Of a DNA stretch of 64,000 bases, positions 1 to 11,391 are shown one piece after another. A model generated the notes under the pieces. The model saw only the letters and a program-made list of their open reading frames with translations. It searched no databases and was not told the DNA's origin. A program made the position numbers and the translations under genes. This stretch comes from Pelomyxa schiedti (lineage: Eukaryota > Protista > Evosea). Position 1 is the first letter of the stretch; every line of letters begins with the position of its first letter. Location of the stretch: positions 1 to 64,000 of the forward strand of contig JAHLWZ010000626.1 in the NCBI GenBank assembly GCA_020536535.1, given 5' to 3'.

Positions 1-830
1 CAACTAGAGTAGACTTGCACAGTAAAAATGAAGCAGTCGAGGCAGCTAAGGCAGAACTTACGAGTACAAAAGAAGGTGGCTGTTTTTTTGTTGTCCTCGA
101 TTCCACTAATAAATTCCAAGGAAGGAATTTCCAATTCCAATAAATTCCAGAAAGTTGATACATAATGTCTTGGCATTGATTTAGAAGACGATAGAAAAAG
201 GCCTTGGCAAATCTTTCAATCGCCAACTAAACAGTGACGAAGTGTCCAGTGCGAAACAGTTCAGGAACTACCTTTTTTTTCTTTCCCCTGATAACGGCAC
301 GTATATTCGGGAATGAGTGGGTCAAAGGCCTTGAATTTATCGACCGATAAATACCTACGGCAATCAGAGCAATCGAGCAATTGAAAAGATATCCACTGAA
401 GAGGGGGATGAATGAATCACGCGTTCAGTCCTACCGCATATCATATCTTACTTGTAGACAACAATGATGAGGAAACACTACATACCTCATCAGTGTTTGG
501 CTCTAGGTGCCAACAGGTGAAATGAATGAGACCACAACGTTCAGTTTAACGCAAGCGAGGAAGCATAGTGTGACACAATCCAGGAATTAAATTTGAACAG
601 TACTCCAAGGTAGACCATTCCATTGGCCCACAGCATAACACCCAACAAGTTCAGTGCGACCGAGAGACAGGCCTACCCACACACCAGACACCCCAAACAA
701 TCCAGCAACAACAAGAGCAATTTTTTGAAACGAAACGCTTTGTTGTTTCGATAATTTTTTTTTCTGCTGAGCCCAGGAGTACTGTCCCATCTCTGTTAGT
801 GAAACTCAAGGTCGCCGCTTCGAGAACGAG

Positions 831-2625
831 ATGGCCAGCAAACCAGGGCAGCCTGTCCAAGTTGGGGGCAGTGTCAAGACTGAAAACGAGGCGCTCGAGG
901 CCGAGCGGCTCAAGTATAAAAAAAGTGTCAAGGTCACCATCAAGAATGACACCAACTACTCTTTCTTGAGGTGTGTGTAGTTCCACTCAAGGCATTGTGT
1001 CACTTATTGTACATAGTCATAACTATGTTGTCTAGATAGCTGTAACAGTATTACTGTTTTAATTCGCGAACACTGATATTAATGGTAGGACCAAGATAAA
1101 GATAATGCATTCGGTGTGGACGAAAGAACCTCCACCAAGGATTGGGGCAAACCAGATTGCAACGTTTGCTACACATTGTGGGGCAGTTGTATTCTTTGGT
1201 ACTGCTGATGTATGGTACGCTGTACAGAATCGGTCTTGCTGCCTGCATTTTGCATGGTGGGTTTGCTTGAAGTAATTATAATTTCTATTCCTCACTTGGG
1301 TTATTCAGGAATATAGAATCAAATCCACGCTTTGATGCCCCTCCCTTCTTTATTGTGACTGAACAGTAAGCTACCAAAATTATCTTCAAACTTTGTGATG
1401 GCTTCTATCTTAGGCACGATAAATCTGATCATTCCAACATTGTTTTCACTGTCACCGAGGCCCCTGGTAAAATGTTCCTGGATTCCCATTTCTACCCCCT
1501 TATGTCATTACAGCTCCACCCTCCTTGCCAGCTCAATCTACTACTCCACGTATTATTATTCCTCACTAAATTTTTGTTCTCATTTCACTTTCCTAGACTC
1601 CCAGTGTGCAGTTACGGTCACATCTGTGGAAGCCAACCCAGCCACCCAACAATATCCTATATCTCAAATCCCATCCAAATCCCCGTCGCCTATCATGCAA
1701 GGCCTTCAGCCACAGATCGGAGCTAGTGCCCCAACTTCATCAGCTCCAACAGTTTCGCTTCCAACCACTTCACTTCCGACTACTCAAACACTTTCTCCAA
1801 TGTCGCCCACTATGCCAACGTACTATCCTTCTATGCAGACCTCATTACCAACGCAGTTCCCTTCACCTGGTTATTCTCAACTGTCATACCCATCTTTACC
1901 AACGGGTTACCAAACGCCATACCCAATGATGCAATATCAGTATCCATGTATTTTCTTCCCTCGAACCTTATAAATCTTAGACTCATATCCAAACCAGCAA
2001 TGCAAGGAATGCAAATGCTTCCTTCCTCCCCTTATATGTGTGTGTACCCACAACAGTTCATTTTGCCTACACAATCTACCACCACTGCTGCCAACTACCC
2101 CACAACAATGACCCAAACACCCACAGCCCAGCCACAGCAACAGCAGTACTCTCCCACACCACAGCAACAACAGTACTCTCCCACAGTCCCACAACAGCAA
2201 CAATACTCGGCCACAACAGCAAATCCAACAATGCTTCCAAACACAACAACCACAACACCACCCTCTGTGATTAACACAGGGACACCACTGACTTCTCAGA
2301 CTCAGCCGAATGCAACCACATTAGGACAGTATGCCACTATGTGTAATTGGTTCTTGTTTTTGAGCCGCTTTTGTAGGGTTGGAAGCTCACTGGGTGGATT
2401 CATAAAGGGAAATTTCCCTGAGGATGAACTATGCAAAGTATGCATGGAAAAAACCATTAACTGTGTAATTCTAAGGTACCCCTTTATGCAATCCCTCTGA
2501 AGCTAAATAATCACCAACTAAGATGTGGACATTTTTGTGTGTGCATTGACTGCGGTCGTCAGCTAAAGGAATGTTGCATGTGCCGGCAGCCAGTCGTGGA
2601 ACTTATCCGTACATTCAAGTCATAA
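831..2625 (+). CDS. Multi-exon protein: N-terminal aegerolysin/ET79-like beta-sandwich domain, P/Q/T-rich linker, C-terminal C3HC4 RING finger (putative E3 ligase)
   Basis: Spliced by eye from ATG 831: MASKPG...KSVKVTIKNDTNYSFLR|TKIKIMHSVWTKEPPPRIGANQIATFATHCG...VWYAVQ...HFAW|...IVFTVTE. It ends in CKVCMEKTINCVILR|CGHFCVCIDCGRQLKECCMCRQPV with TAA at 2623-2625. The RING call is strong; the N-terminal domain call rests on motif resemblance. Confidence 0.7.
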
Positions 2626-2901
2626 AACACAAAACTAGATAGAGAGGTAGACAATTTTGACTTGTCTTTTTTTTTGCATTTGCCTTATTACCTTTATCAC
2701 ACTTCCTGAAGTAGAGACGTGACAGAGGATTATAATTCTATTCACTGAACGTAGGCCTAGGTCCTATACAAATCCAAACCAAACACAACTATATGTGTTT
2801 TTTTGTTGGTTAGTTTGGAAAAACAAAAGGGAGCAAAAAAAAAAAAAAAAGGGGGGTGAGAGTGAGTACACACCAACAAGAGAGGGGTTCCACCCAAAAA
2901 T

Positions 2902-3327
2902 TCAAGTTCCTCTTTCAATGAGCTCCATGGCCAGCATGTTTCTCAGCGTCTCGTCCTGCTGCATCGCCTCGACCGTCGGGAACTTCCTCGCGAGCTCCGA
3001 GTGCGTGTAGCACCTGTGCAGCATCGCGTGGCACGACCCGCACAGCGCCGTGAGCACCGTCGGCGAGCGGTCGCCGTTCTGCCGCCGCCGCTTGAGCTCC
3101 AGCTTGGGCACCAGGTGGTGCAGCCCGATCTTGTCGCCGCACTTGACGCGGTCGTGGCACAGGTCGCAGCGGCCGGTCTCGGCTCGCTCTCGCGCGGCCT
3201 CGGGGCTAGATGGGGCCGGTCCTGAGGGGCAAGGGGGCTGCGAGATCCGCTCTAGCTCCTTTTGTGCCTCTTCTCTCTGTTGAATGGCCGCCTGCTTCGC
3301 TCGCTTGTTGGAGTGTCGCGTGGACAT
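2902..3327 (-). CDS. HNH endonuclease-like protein (YisB-like), intronless
   Basis: CDLC...LHHLVPK...LCGSCHAMLH...THSELARKFPTVEAM matches the YisB-type HNH zinc-finger pattern. Confidence 0.75.
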   Translation of the reverse strand: MSTRHSNKRAKQAAIQQREEAQKELERISQPPCPSGPAPSSPEAARERAETGRCDLCHDRVKCGDKIGLHHLVPKLELKRRRQNGDRSPTVLTALCGSCHAMLHRCYTHSELARKFPTVEAMQQDETLRNMLAMELIERGT

Positions 3328-3453
3328 AAGTTAATGCTCCTTCTTGGTTTTTTTTATTTTGTGTGATTCGCAGGGCCTCATACTTGGCTTTTTTTTTCCT
3401 TCTCCCGGAAATTACACAGACATGTCAGTCTGATTTAGGATTCCGATACCGTA

Positions 3454-5531
3454 TTAGAATTTACGTTTCTGGTACTTTGGTTTGGATGAGGGCGACGTGT
3501 TCGTTGCAGCTGCAGAGGAAGCAGACGGTGATATCAACTCCGACATGACCTCGTCTAGAAGCTCAATCAGGTCCTCGTCGATGTCCTCCTGGGACTGCAA
3601 CAGCTTCTTCTTGGCTGTGACGCTATCCACGATCATGGGAACGAAAGACCGGCACTCTGGCCCGCAGCACCTGACCAGCGACAGCAGCGTCCCATAACAG
3701 TGGGCCGGCAGGCCGTACTGCTCCGCATCAGGCAGCTCGGCCGCCGCCATCACGCCGCCCAGGATCGTGCGGAACAGCGGCGGCGGCATCGCCAGCGGGC
3801 GCGTCCGCGTCAGCCGGTACGGCTCCAGGATCTGCTGCAGCGCGTAGCACAGCGCCGGGCCGATGTCCGACGACGCGCCCGACGTCAGCGTGCGCACCAC
3901 CTCGCCCGCGAGCCCCGGCAGGCCCTCCTGCACCGCGTCGTGGTGGTGCATCACGACCCGGCCCGCGGTCCACACGGCGCTCTGCCGCACCGTGAAGCTC
4001 TCGCCGTCCCCGAACAGCGCGACCAGCTGCGGCAGCGCCCCCTGGATCAGCGGGCCCAGCGAGGCCGACGAGGGGCCCTCCTGCACGCACCCGGCCGCGC
4101 GCGCCGCCGCCTCCCTCAGGTCCCACCTCGGGCTGCGCAGGTTGGCGCCCACGAACTGCGCGACCGCCGGCACCACGGCGTCCCCGGCGCACGCCGCCAC
4201 CGCGGCCAGGCACGTCGCGGAGCTCTGCCACTTGGAGCAGCCGTCGGCCTCGGCCTCGGCCTCGTCCTCCGCCTTGGGCAGCGCGTGCAGCAGCGCGCCG
4301 ACCAGGAGCGGGAGCGCGCCGGCGACGAAGTTCTGGCACTGCTTGAAGTCCTCCGACTCGCCGCCGAGGATCGACGTCTCGACTTCGGCGATCGTCGTCC
4401 ACAGGTCGATTGCCTGGCACGCCGCCCCCTCCTCGGTTCCGCGAATCAGCAGGACCGTAGCTTCGAGGATGGTGTTCATGTAGGGCATGAGCTTGTCGTA
4501 GTAATGCACGATGACTGCAGTGAGACAGCGGAAGGCCGAGTTGAAGACTTGGGTGGGGTCTGGTGACCTCAGTTGCTGGAGAATTGTGTGCATGATGTAT
4601 TGCTGCTCAGTGGGTACTCCGAATGCTTGCTTCGCCAAAACAATGCAGTGCTCTAATGCTTCCATCCCAACTGCCCTAAGGGAAGCATCCGTATTTGCTG
4701 CAGCATTCACGACAACTGTTAGAATCGCATTTGCACTCGAAGAAACTAGTCCTGGTCTGTCCTCACAGATATTTCCCAGTAGTCTAACAGCATTCTACTT
4801 GAAATGAGACAACATAACAAGGGAAACTCGTGGGAAATACCACTTGAAAGGGTCCAGCTTCATTATTATAATAGCTACATAGTGTTGACATCAAGTCTGG
4901 CCACTGCCGAATAAGAAAATGGCTAATATAAGAGGACCCAGATTGAGTTCGGGCCTACCTCATTGAAGGGAAGTTCCACCTGGGCTATTCTATTTACAGC
5001 TTGTGCCACAGTTGAATGGTAATGCCTCTCTGCATCTGTATGAAGCACCCTCATAAGAGTATCCTTTATCTGTAATAATAGCATTAGTATAGGTGAATAA
5101 CACAATCCACAGTTAACAAGCGAAATATTACATCGCGATGAAAGAAAGCTACTTCTAATTATTATAAAAAAATCCACGAAGAGGAGTCTGCATACTGTTG
5201 ATCTTGCGGCGGGGCTTAGCTGCAGCCAAATTTCCCTCGGCTTCTTCCACATCTCCTCGTCGTTTTCGTCATCCTCCTGATCCATCGCGTCGGCGCCGCC
5301 GTCGCCGCCCTTGCTGCGCGGGACTGTGAGCGCGTTCCTGATGAGCAAGGCGGCGAGGTGCTTGGCCTGAAGCGGCGTGTCGGCGGCCTCGAGGGACGCC
5401 GCGAGGTTGAGGAGGTACGACTCGCGGTCGGCACGCGACAGCGCCGTCAGGCGGGACTCGGCCACTTGGCGTGTGTGGCAGTCGGCTGCTATGAGAGCAG
5501 TTAAGAGGCTGGTGTAGTCCTGGGCCGCCAT
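3454..5531 (-). CDS. Importin-beta-like HEAT-repeat protein (shorter than canonical importin beta)
   Basis: N-terminal IBN_N-like RQVAESRL...LAALLIRNAL; QAIDLWTTIAEVE; WQSSATCLAAVA; NLRSPRWDLREAA; VRQSAVWTAGRV. Several introns lie between 4710 and 5200. Confidence 0.8.
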
Positions 5532-5855
5532 TATGGGTCAGAGGGATACAGTGTTGTGTGTGCTTTACGGGTGGGTGTGGAATTTCTGGGGATTAATCAA
5601 TTAAAAAATCAAAACGGTTCGTGTTTTGATCTCGAAGATGGTGTTTTGATGTGGATGAAAATTCCTTCCTCAGGCATTGAGGCCGTCTTTGTAGTGGGTT
5701 TCAAAGGTGGGGTTCTGTGCCAGGGCACGGAAGTAACTGTCAAATGGAACGAGGTGGAAATCAGGGCCCAGGGCATTGACAATCTTTTTTTTTTTTGTTA
5801 GAAATGAGAGGCTAATACTTCTAACAGTTTAATTTATTTGAAGTGCTTGCTCCTC

Positions 5856-8668
5856 TTATTTGTTTGTTGCAACCTGTTCGATTCGGTTTATGGAATTGGT
5901 CTCTCGGACATGCATTACCATGAAATATGGTCTCTTAGAGTTAACAGCTGCCAACTTATAGGAGTTCAGGTTTTTAAAATGATTTAATGCATTAGTTACA
6001 TACAAGCTGAAGGTCTGAGACCACATCTTCCTCTGTTCTGTCAGGATCAACATAGTAGTCATAGGACACAAAAGGAGCGCCGGTGGTGCTGCTCTGAGCA
6101 AATGTGAAAGTGGCAGTGTATCTACACATCTCTATGTTAGGCAACTTTTATTGGGAAGAAGCGAAAAAGGGGAAGCCCACCCATTGGCATAACCAAAAGC
6201 ATTGGGCATGTATGTGAAGTAGTCATTCACAATTTCCGGAGTCAAATCCTGATTGCCGGTCACAGTGGAACCCTCGCTATCATCCATTACGGACATGCTA
6301 TGTAGATCAAGTTCTTCCATGTAGCTGACTGCGAGTTCGAGCAATATGGGAAAGTCTTCGGAAGGTGAGGCCTTGGGATACAACTGTGTTCTCCTTATAA
6401 GATAACAAAATTGCAGGGAAGCTGAATTACATAGCCAGGCCCGGATAGAGAGTTGACCATGTAATCGTTACTTGTGGCTTGGCTGAAGAAAAATTCTAGC
6501 AGTGTTGGCTGTATCCATGAATCGTCACTATTGACCTCCCATGCACATGGTATATCTCCTCTCCCTTCTTTGTTCCTACCCAAAATTCAGTACCCAGAAG
6601 TAAGTAGAGTGCTCTTACCAAGCTCCAATACCCATGCCATCTGTTTGCATCTGAGTTATGTAAACATCGGTAGCCAAAAGATCGATATCGGGGTTGGGAT
6701 TGTTCTTGAACACCATCCCGTCTTTTAAAGGAATCTGAATCAAACAAGTGAGATCACTACTCTCATTTGATATTTGAATGGTCTACCATGTTCATGAAGC
6801 TTACGTCTGGCATCCTATAAGATGGATAGATTAGGGTTATTAATGGAAACGAAGTTTACTCTGCTAATCCATGCACCCAGCCTCCCGTAGAAGAAATAAG
6901 GGTAGTGTATTCCCTTTCAAGATCTTTGCCTTTGTTTTCAATTAAACATCCAATCAAAACCAGACTTTTTAAACACACAATAGTTGTGCCAGCCAAATAT
7001 CTTAAATTAATTAAGTGAGATAGTGGCGATTGGCAATAGACATACCACTGGTGTTGCATCCAGTTCGAACAGCATTTGTTGTGAAAGGGCATACTCAGGG
7101 CTAGTCACTCTTGTCGACAGATCACTGAAAAACATTCGGCTCTTCACTCCCCAATCAGCAATGCCTAGGAATGTGAGCAGAAAATCTTTCTACTTTCACC
7201 ATACCAGGAACCATTTCATTCCCACAGGGGCCACCCATCCAAACCATCATTTCTTTGTTAGTATAGCTCCAATATTGATTATATGCCCACGTGTATATCT
7301 ATTAGTGCGTCTGGGAAGTAAGAAAGGGTTTGGGATTAATGTACATCCAAATCACTCATTCCAGTAAACAGTCCACGGAAGTCAAAGAGTAATTTCAGTC
7401 CAGCATTTTGCACAAGATCAAGCATATCTTCAGTGACAATTACTGCATCATAGAGCCCCGCAAAAGTGAAGGCAACAACTAGAGATTCTCTTATATTTTT
7501 ATCCCAAATCTTTCTTTTGTAAGACCCAAGAATTCTAGGAAAGGTACATACAACATATCCAGCCACAGAATCAATGAAGAGTTTAAGAGCCTCTTCATTT
7601 GAACCAATGAAGGTGAAGTTGAAGCCTCTTTCATCCACATAGTAGTTAAACACATCTTGACTGTAAATGTATTTGTAGTTTGGCCCATATACAAGATATA
7701 ACTGTGGAATATCTCTATTTGCCAGGCCTTGAAGCCCAATTGTAAATGCTTGTTCTGGCAGGCTCCCGTCAATAGTCCATTCATCAACCATTTGCATCCA
7801 GTAGTAATTGTTTGACTGCTGGAATTTCTCAGGTTGTCTTGGGGCCCTACTTTTCAAGATATTCCTATCCTAGATCGAATAGAGGCAAGCTGAGAAAAAT
7901 CAAGTACTCATGAAATAACAACATACAACAGGTTTCCCTTGCCATTCAATTGTGGGAATTGGTTGGGTGGTTTCCCTTTGAATGGGTGTTGTTGGTCTCA
8001 TGAGGTACCAAAGGCTGTAAACATATGAATTCACTGTCATTACAGTTGAATAGCGGACAGTGTTTGTTTCTCCACTATATGTGAAATTGTGGAACATATT
8101 GTATTGGACCGTTCCTTGTGAACCTCGCAAGAAGGATTTTTCCTAATTGTCATTGGTAAGTAATTTGATTTGTCTAAAAATAATAAACCAACCTCTATCA
8201 GAAGGGAGTTAAGCTTGTCATCACCCCAAGAAGCATAGAAAGTTGAGGTAGTGTTTGCTTTCATCTCCACTCCAATCCATATATTTTCAGGGAAAAGTCT
8301 ACTTGTCACAGGTTTATCTGCCATTTCCACAAATAAGTAAATATCCCAAAATCATATATTCCCATTTAAAACCCCACCATACAAGAGGGGATTCCAAATG
8401 CCAAAGTAGTATTCCACAAGTACCACGAGGTGGAGTCGGATCCCCACAGCATCGACCACTCACACTGGTACGTGGAATCGCACGACAGGGTGGCCTGCAC
8501 CTGTTCCCAGTACGGAATCGCCGACGAGTTGGCAGCCGAGGCGTCGCTCAGCCACGTTCCCATAAGTGGGCTGTTGATGTCCGCCCCGCGGGTGCCTAAG
8601 AACGCCCCCGCAAGGAGGAGGCACACGAAAAGCGGGATCGACGACCAACAAGGAGACGTTTGTCCCAT
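5856..8668 (-). CDS. Secreted GxGYxYP-family putative glycoside hydrolase, multi-exon
   Basis: Signal-peptide-like N-terminus; LQGLANRDIPQLY, VAGYV|IWD, LLFDFRG, GGWVHG, SGPGY|LYP, RPYFMVMHVRE. Confidence 0.75.
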
Positions 8669-9036
8669 CAGTTGTTACAAGAAAGGAAAAACTGCAGATC
8701 TAAGTTAGTACCTTTTCAGATGTTGAATTTTTGGAGAAAGAACAAATTCGTGTAAAACATTGGACATTCTTTCAAAAAGTTGCAAAGACAGTTGGTTGTA
8801 GCCTCAGAAGAGAGCAAAGCGAAGTCCTGAGCTCTTTGATACCCATGGTGTCTGTTCGTCATGAGATTCCGTCTGCATTCTCAAAAACTGGGCATGTGTG
8901 AGATGCAAGAAATCAGTGTGAGGGTTGGAAATGGAGGGGAAGCTACCTTCGAGGAAGCAACCAGTGAAGAATCCATAGTTCTGCCTGTTTGGGAGAGTGC
9001 AAACATCCAGTGTTATCCTCCCTGTGGGTTGGTTGG

Positions 9037-10960
9037 TTACAGATGCAAAGAAGTTGATTCAGGAAAAACCCCAAAGGAGGGGAAAAAACCTGGGCTCGTC
9101 GGATAGATCAAAATGCACCCGGCGCGAAAGTCTTCTTTCGTCATTTGGAGTTCCCCGGTCGGCTCGCACCCACGTGACTGCCAATTTGAAAAGATAAGTG
9201 GTGCTGAATATGAATGAAAGAACTTGCTTATCGTCACCTTGAAGGCATGCTTCTCATTGGATTGGCGGCAAGCATCAAGAATGCCGATTGTCAGGTCAGA
9301 GTATCTCTTAAGACCATCAATCACAGCGCCGAGCATCGGTGCATTGTTCTCCATGATTTCATAACTTTGCTCCTCGAAAGCTGCCTCGTCGTCAGTCATA
9401 AGCAGGAAGTTGTGCCCGTTCAGCTGCCTTCCGTGTCCTGCAAAATAAAAGATGCTCGCAACCTGTTGCCGTTGTCATCCCCAAGAAAAAGGAACATTGT
9501 TAAACCTTGTTTCCTGCCCTTTTTTGCCTGATCAGTGTGTCTTTGAATTTTCGCAAGTCGATATCAAACACTCCGAGGGTTGGGATGTTCTTGTGGTAGA
9601 CAACCTCAAATTGGCATTTGTTCTTCAAAAACTGCGTTGTCTTCAATGTTAAAAACAAATTTTCTTTGAAAATGGACTGAAAAGAGGTACTGCTCCCACT
9701 GAAAAAAAATTGTTAGACAAAAGATGCCGGGCTCTCACTATAGCTTTGCCATACCAGGTTGCTTTTGTCTCGGGAGAGCTGGGGTTGAGGTGGAACGATT
9801 GTTCTCGATATCTTTCCAAATGCGATGTTACCTCCTCGGCAATGATTTCTGCATCACCAACAACGAGACCGAGGCCACATAATTGCTGCACAGAGTAATT
9901 GGCAAGCGTTTTTCCTCTGAGTTTGTTGGCTCTGATGATCTTCAGGCAGTCATCATCCACACCAACAGATTGAAGCCAGGAGCACACTTGATCAGTGTTT
10001 GATGTTTGAATTTGAAATGGTGTCGTCCTTGAATTTGAAGTTGTTACTGTTGTAGGGCTGATCGGTGTTGTTGCAACAAAGTCAGGTTTTGGTGCCACTG
10101 AGGTTGGTTTTAATAGTGTTGGAATAAACAAAGGAGGTGTGGGGGCTATTTGCGTATTCGTTATCGGCTCTGAGGTCATCGAGGAGTTTGGCAACAGTTG
10201 CTGGTTATATTGAGGAATTTCTTCGATTGATTTTGATGTTGCTGGCATCACCGATGTTTGTGCAGATTTTATGGGTGAGCTTCTGAAGTTAGTCTCACAG
10301 TATTCCTTGCCTGTGGCAAGGGCCATTGCATTCGGGAGAGACCCTTTTGAGTGGAGGGGAAGATTCAGTAGATAGTGGAATATGGATAGAATAACTGAGA
10401 GGGCGATTCTGAGAATCAAGAATCTCAATGGAAATTTCAAAAAGGGCATCAGAGAGGGTATTCAAGTGCTCTTGCAATGCTTGTTGCTCCATGATCCCCA
10501 ATGTGGTGGGCTGTTTGATTTTGTTTTGGAGAGTGAACCCACCATTTAGGAAATGAGGACAATGGAACGAGGGCACCCACCACCGATATCCAGAGCTACG
10601 AGAGACTTGTTTGATTCGAGTGCTCTCGCGATGCTTGCTGCTCCCTCACTCCCACTTGAGGTCCCTGAGTGATTGTGATTTGGGGAGTCAACTATCGTTG
10701 AATAGAGAGGGCAACGATGGGAACACACCCGATATAGTCAGGGACACGAGTGACTTGTTAAATTCGAGTGCCCGCGCGATGCTTGAGACTCCCTCGTTTC
10801 CAAGTCAAGACACAAGGTCCTGCAAGTACAATCGGGACTCGCAAGCTCGGCGCACACCCTGTCAAGCTTAAAGCCGGAATCGAAGGTGAAAACTTGGTCT
10901 TTGCACAGGAGTCTCTTCTGTGAGAGTTTGGCAAGGATGTTTCGATGTGGTTGGTGCATT
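9037..10960 (-). pseudogene. Degenerate RI-like LRR + SAM-domain gene
   Basis: Three LRR units in different frames (LGNEGVSSIARALEFNKSLVSL; GSEGAASIARALESNKSLVAL; IGDHGATSIARALEYPL-stop). A SAM-like segment follows (DQVCSWLQSVGV...NKLRGKTLANYSVQQLCGLGLVVGD). Frameshifts and stops are not resolved by obvious introns. Confidence 0.45.
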
Positions 10961-11391
10961 ATTTAAGAGAACGTTCGAACTCTGTGTACCATGTACGCGT
11001 CAATCAAACTTTTCCGCGGATCCTTTTCTCTGTGTGATGTCTCATGCAGGCAACACGTTCCCAGTAAAACGCAAGGCCGAATGGAAGGATGACATCCCAG
11101 AGGGACCGGCAGAATCTTTGATTCTCCCAACCATCAAACTGGCGAAAACGAAAGCAGCGATTCGACCACCATTCCTTCGAGGCGTGTGAGGTGTTTAGTG
11201 CCTCAGACTTGAGTGGGGTCGAATTCACCTTTGGTCTGCTGTGCCAACATAACAGGAAACAAACAGAGGGAGGGTTGCTTGCGGAGGAGAGATGTAATGG
11301 GTCTACATGGGTGGTTGGTACCAACCAGTCCTTCCCGTCGAATGTTCCCACTTATGTGGTTGCCATTGTGGGGAAGAAAAAATGTTTTGTT

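Noticed and set aside
651-986. 111-aa minus-strand ORF, and the many long overlapping ORFs in GC-rich or low-complexity blocks (e.g. 3700-4566, 12592-13411, 47864-48676, 55148-56142)
   Set aside because: They are antisense or alternate-frame shadows of recognisable genes
5531-5540. Other ACCCATAA matches (minus strand at the importin start; 37308 at the sirtuin stop; ~60097 in TBC coding sequence)
   Set aside because: They lack the extended TTG..AC context, overlap coding signals, and have no structured unit with a T-run 60-70 nt downstream
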